From: Phoronis australis
Taxonomy: Eukaryota > Animalia > Phoronida
DNA: 64,000 nt
NCBI GenBank assembly: GCA_002633005.1
Contig: NMRA01000045.1
Coordinates: 561,627 to 625,626, forward strand
Direction of reading: 5' to 3'
The notes beneath the pieces are model-generated. The model searched no databases. It worked only from the letters and a program-made list of their open reading frames with translations, and was not told the origin of the DNA. Shown here one piece after another: positions 59,589 through 64,000 of this stretch. The translations under genes were made by a program, and so were the position numbers. Position 1 is the stretch's first letter; each line of letters opens with the position of its first letter.

Positions 59589-62456
59589 TATTTATCTCAA
59601 AAGATTACCATAGTTCAGGTTAATATTGCGCTACCTGTCACTCATCAGCAGAAAGGTAACAAAGAGAATGCAGAATGCTTAAAAACAACACTTAGTGAAA
59701 AATTAAACAAATTTCTTGTTCATTCATCTTTATAATGAAAGAAAAATAAAAATGTCAAATTTGTTAATACTAATTGATATTTAGGCCTTAACACGCATAT
59801 TCTTGTTGGTGAAGCGCATTTCATTTTAATTGAACCAGCCTTCTTGGAGTCATTTGCTTCTTTTATTGTACTTTTATTAAAATTGAGTGTTTTCAATAAA
59901 ACCATGCAAAGCACATGACCTTGCGAGTATTTTTGCAGTGATATATCTAGTTTAACATCAATAATTCCGAGCTTCAAAAGAAATTTGTGTGCTGCAATTT
60001 TTGCACTCGGGATTTGCAATTGCAATTGGATATCAATTCTTACTAGTAGAACAACAGTTTAGCAATCTGTGGCAAACAAGTTTATTTTTGCGGAAACTAG
60101 TTTGACGTACTAGTTTGATGCAATTCAAATGTTTTTTTTTTTGTTTTGAAACATCTCACAGGCGCGTCATGCTGACCTTCACATGAACTGTACACAGGTT
60201 TGGTTTTTGGTCGAACCGTCAATGTGAAAGTTACGAATCACACTCAGATATCCGTTGAGCTATTTTCTGATTTGTTCACATTTCACCTGTGATTACATCC
60301 TTGAGGTTGATTTAGAGTACTATCTATCTAAATTTTATAACTTCTTTATTATGTATGTGACTGTATTTATGTATATGTATATGTAATATATGCACCTTAT
60401 ATTCGCCATTACAAAGGACATCCTTCGTATTTCAGGTCACATTGCCACTTACATTTCACACACTAGTCCGTACATCTGCAGCAGTTTGACAAAAAAGACC
60501 TTCGAACTAGTTGGTTGGAAAGGTCATCTATGTATAAGATTACCTGATTGAACAAATGAAACAAAGTGCTTGAAATATTCATTTGCGTTGTTTTTGTTAA
60601 CGTAGATCATTAATTCAAATTTGGTTGAGAAAATACGTGACCCTGTGACGTGGAGACTAACTACTAAACTAGAGTCGGTGAGTGTAAAATTTTGTGTTTT
60701 CCAGTAGCAAGAACTTAAAGCCAGTCTCTTCGTTTGCAGCATGTGTCTTGTGTGGTTGGCATTGGATCTGGACTTGAGCTAGAATCATCAGGAATTTTAT
60801 CCTCAAGACTTCTTCAAATTATTTTATTGTCCAAAGCTGTTTCTGCAGTTCTTGTTGACAGTAATGATTTTTGATCGAGATCAGTTCAATTCCTTATAGA
60901 AATTCAAAAGTTGTAATACTCTTTTAGCAATTTGGGTTCGAGAGCTGTACAAAATGTGAAGTATTGATTTTTCAGCAATAACGTGTTTGGGGAATGAATT
61001 TCATTTCGTGATAGAAGCCTGTGAAAGGAAGAAGACAAAAAAGACAATAGAAACCATTTCATGCTTGCTGATTAATTTACAGTGACATTTGCCAGTTCCT
61101 CTCCACGATGATACATTAGTTTTGCATCAAATAATGGCCCCTGCGGATATGCGACACAGAACATCACTTGAGCTTCATTAAGTACTGATCATTTTCTGAA
61201 AAGGTTATTAAATCCTTTGTTACCAGTCGGGTTGTATAAAGTTGGCATGGTAATTCTCCGCTTATTTTGCAAAAAAAGTTGCCAAAATGGTCCTTTTTTC
61301 ATTCTTCCAAGGCTGATTACCTTTTGCAAATCAATGGGAGGTTCAGCAAATGTTTTTTGACATCTGCACGCCACAACCATTGTTTGTAATAGACTGAAAG
61401 TGGTCTTCTTTATTTTGATTTATGTAGAATTTTAACAAAGTAGAATTTTACTCTTCATCCATGTTTTTTGCTAAAGTGAAAATTACTGGAATCGTAGAAA
61501 ATCTGTGACAAAAAAATTGCATCATGTAAAAGGATTTCCACTGGCATTCTCTAGTCATGTGTTTTAATGACGTGTTCTGGGTTGCTATTTGAATTTCTTT
61601 TTGCTGTCTGGCTTAATGGTCGCGACAAAAGTGTTAAAGAAATTTTGGAGTATGGTAATTTTTCACATATTTTGCACAAAGACAAATGCCAAAATGACCA
61701 TTTTCAGAATTTTCAAAGGCTGCCTCGGTTGCAGATGACGAAAAGTTACCAAGAAGTGTTGTTTTATCAAAGCACAGACTACGTTGCATATTGAATAGAA
61801 TTTCCTTGATGCTGGTTTTTTATTGAGAAATGTGATGAAATGAATTTCCATGTTTCAGAAATAGCATGTAGTAAATATGTGAAGAGTTACCATACGATCG
61901 CCCTTCGAATGGTTCATTGGTTGTCATATTAGCAAGGCAAATTTTCCCGCATTGGTTCAGCACACTAATTTACTGTGTTACGTGCCATAGACATCTTTAT
62001 ACTATTGTCTAATGGTACATCCGCACATATTTGAATAGTACGATCTGGATATCCAACAGGTTGCAAAAAGTGATGCTGAGGTGTTTGTCGTATTAGTGGC
62101 ACTAACGTAATCAATATCAGGACTGCTTAGATAATCACCATTTTCATGTTTGCATTCACGCTCCTTGTATTTTTATCAATAATCACTGTTCTTCATAATG
62201 GCAGGGGTTTCCTTTGTTTTGCAGTGAATGTATGCGCCCATATGAAGATGAATTTGTACACTAATGCGCACAATGAACTCTTTACAAAAGTGATTACGAG
62301 AACTTAAATGAAATGTGTTACTCTGATGGAAAATTTGTTTGTGTATTTGCACGCTGGATTTTGTGTTGCATTTCCTGCCTGTTTGGCGTGAAACAAAGTT
62401 AATGCAACTTCTGGCGAGCTCAAGACCTATTGCTTTTCGTCAAAATATGGTGCAAG

Positions 62457-62546
62457 ATGGCTTCGCTCCTCAAAACGCTTTCAGTGTTTTTGTTTGTTTG
62501 TGGGGCTGTCATTCATCCACGCAAAAAGTCAACTGACTGTAGTTCA
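62457..62546 (+). CDS. Candidate first coding exon with signal-peptide-like N-terminus (MASLLKTLSVFLFVCGAVIHPRKKSTDCSS)
   Basis: Kozak aagATGG, hydrophobic stretch and consensus donor GTAAGT at 62547; no independent support. Confidence 0.3.
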
Positions 62547-63856
62547 GTAAGTCAAGTTTCTTGGAGGAAAGGAAGGATCATGTGAGACCATGTAAAAAGT
62601 GAATGCCTGTGTTTTGCGTGTATGCTTGAGGTTGGAATGTTGACTTATGGGACCGTTTCCATTTCCTTATGGGAAGATTTTAGCGTTGTAAGTACATGGC
62701 TATTGTCTCTCGACAAATCACATCTCTGATTTCAGAACCAGCAGCGCTGTCAAGCCATCTAGCTAATTTTTGTCATTTTCCACTAACCTGCGTGTGCTTC
62801 AGTGTTTAGGAGAGTTCCAGCCAGTGGAAATGTTTAAATTGGGTCTGGGGATAAAGTAATCAATGCACTTAAATGTACGTTGCAGAAAGCGTGTGTTTTA
62901 CAGTTGTTGGTCATGCCACGCTGACGTGACAGTGTGTGGGTGTTAAAGCCTGACTTCAACGGAATTTTGTTATTTTAGATGTATTGGGATAACCAGGTAC
63001 TCCTAGCAAAGCCTTAGCAAAATAAGAAAAAGCGAGTTTAATCACGCAAATATAGGCCCCTCGAAGCAGCCTTTTCACGCCTTATTGCGTCACCGCAAGA
63101 TCCCTGCACAAACAACAAAAGGCCGATAACAGTTGTATTGAATAGATGTCTGAATAGAACACCATTATGTGCGGGTGTTATTCACAGCAGTTTGAATTAA
63201 AAGGTGATTCTCGCGGTGACGTAGACAAAAGCTAAGTAACCAGTACGCCTAACAGTTCATTACATTTGACTATTTATGGAACTTAGTTAGCTCAGAGCGA
63301 TGTTCTTAATGTACTGTAGGATCCAAATTTACAAGTGTTACCTTTCAAGATAGGCTTTTAATCCACCTGTTTAGTGAGAAGTTAAGTTGCACTCAAATTG
63401 ACTTGGATACAGGACCAAAGTTAAATAATCCAGTGTTCCTAGAAACCGATACTGTGCAAAACTTCAACTCAACCGTGTGGTATGAATTTAATACCCTAAA
63501 GATATTTTGATTTTCCTCACCATAGTAGCGTGAAGAAAATGTTGATTTTAAATAATGGGGAAATTTCCGTTGAACTATGATTGAATGATCAACAGTAACA
63601 CGGTCCATTTAGCTTCTGAAACATTTCTGTTTGCTGGACATAAGACTTCTGGGATTTCCATTAATAGCCAATTACATTCAGTGGCAGGAGTTATTGTAAT
63701 GTATATTGGTTTGGAATATAAAATAGTGTCATTACCTCCACTTCTTTGCGCAAGGTAAAGATTTCTCTCAGAAATAACATTGATGACTTATTGTGGATTG
63801 TCAACACAACAAACTGAAAATGAGGAACAGGAAATGAACTAACAGAACGTTATGTT

Positions 63857-64000
63857 TATGAATACGTCCATCTCAATACAGCATGGAAAATATGTTGCAA
63901 ACATTTTAAGTCTAGTCACCACGCCATCTGTTGGCAACATCACCTGACCTAATGCAAACAAGTCTGAAGAGATTTCTGCCCCCCGACCGGGACTCGAACC
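63857..64000 (-). mobile_element. tRNA-derived SINE, 5' head cut by the window edge
   Basis: Minus strand begins GGTTCGAGTCC (Pol III B box) followed by a tRNA-like 3' half, then a body repeated at 8343-8438. Confidence 0.7.

Overview
This is eukaryotic, AT-rich (roughly 35-40% GC by eye) draft-assembly DNA, most likely from an invertebrate animal. It has two N-gaps, microsatellites and minisatellites, and no prokaryotic-style genes, rRNA or CRISPR. Almost all ORF-track entries are spurious or repeat-derived. The window looks like intron or 5' region of a large + strand gene: one convincing exon at 33333-33479 and a few weak candidates. It is densely filled with non-autonomous DNA transposons whose terminal inverted repeats (TIRs) and target-site duplications (TSDs) can be read directly. 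These include two TTAA/Kolobok-type elements (one with convergent THAP-like and KolX-like relics, one with a possible Cys-rich cargo relic), an ISL2EU-like element with a clear THAP pseudogene, and Harbinger-, Tc1- and pogo-type MITEs, one of which lies in the same window as a longer relative. There are also CAAGG-ended elements with unusual 5- and 6-bp TSDs, a MULE/Foldback-like relic, a ~140-bp periodic array with CTCF-like motifs, Gag, LINE and Helitron relics, a tRNA-derived SINE and two decayed hammerhead-ribozyme-like motifs. All assignments were made by eye; no database searches were run.
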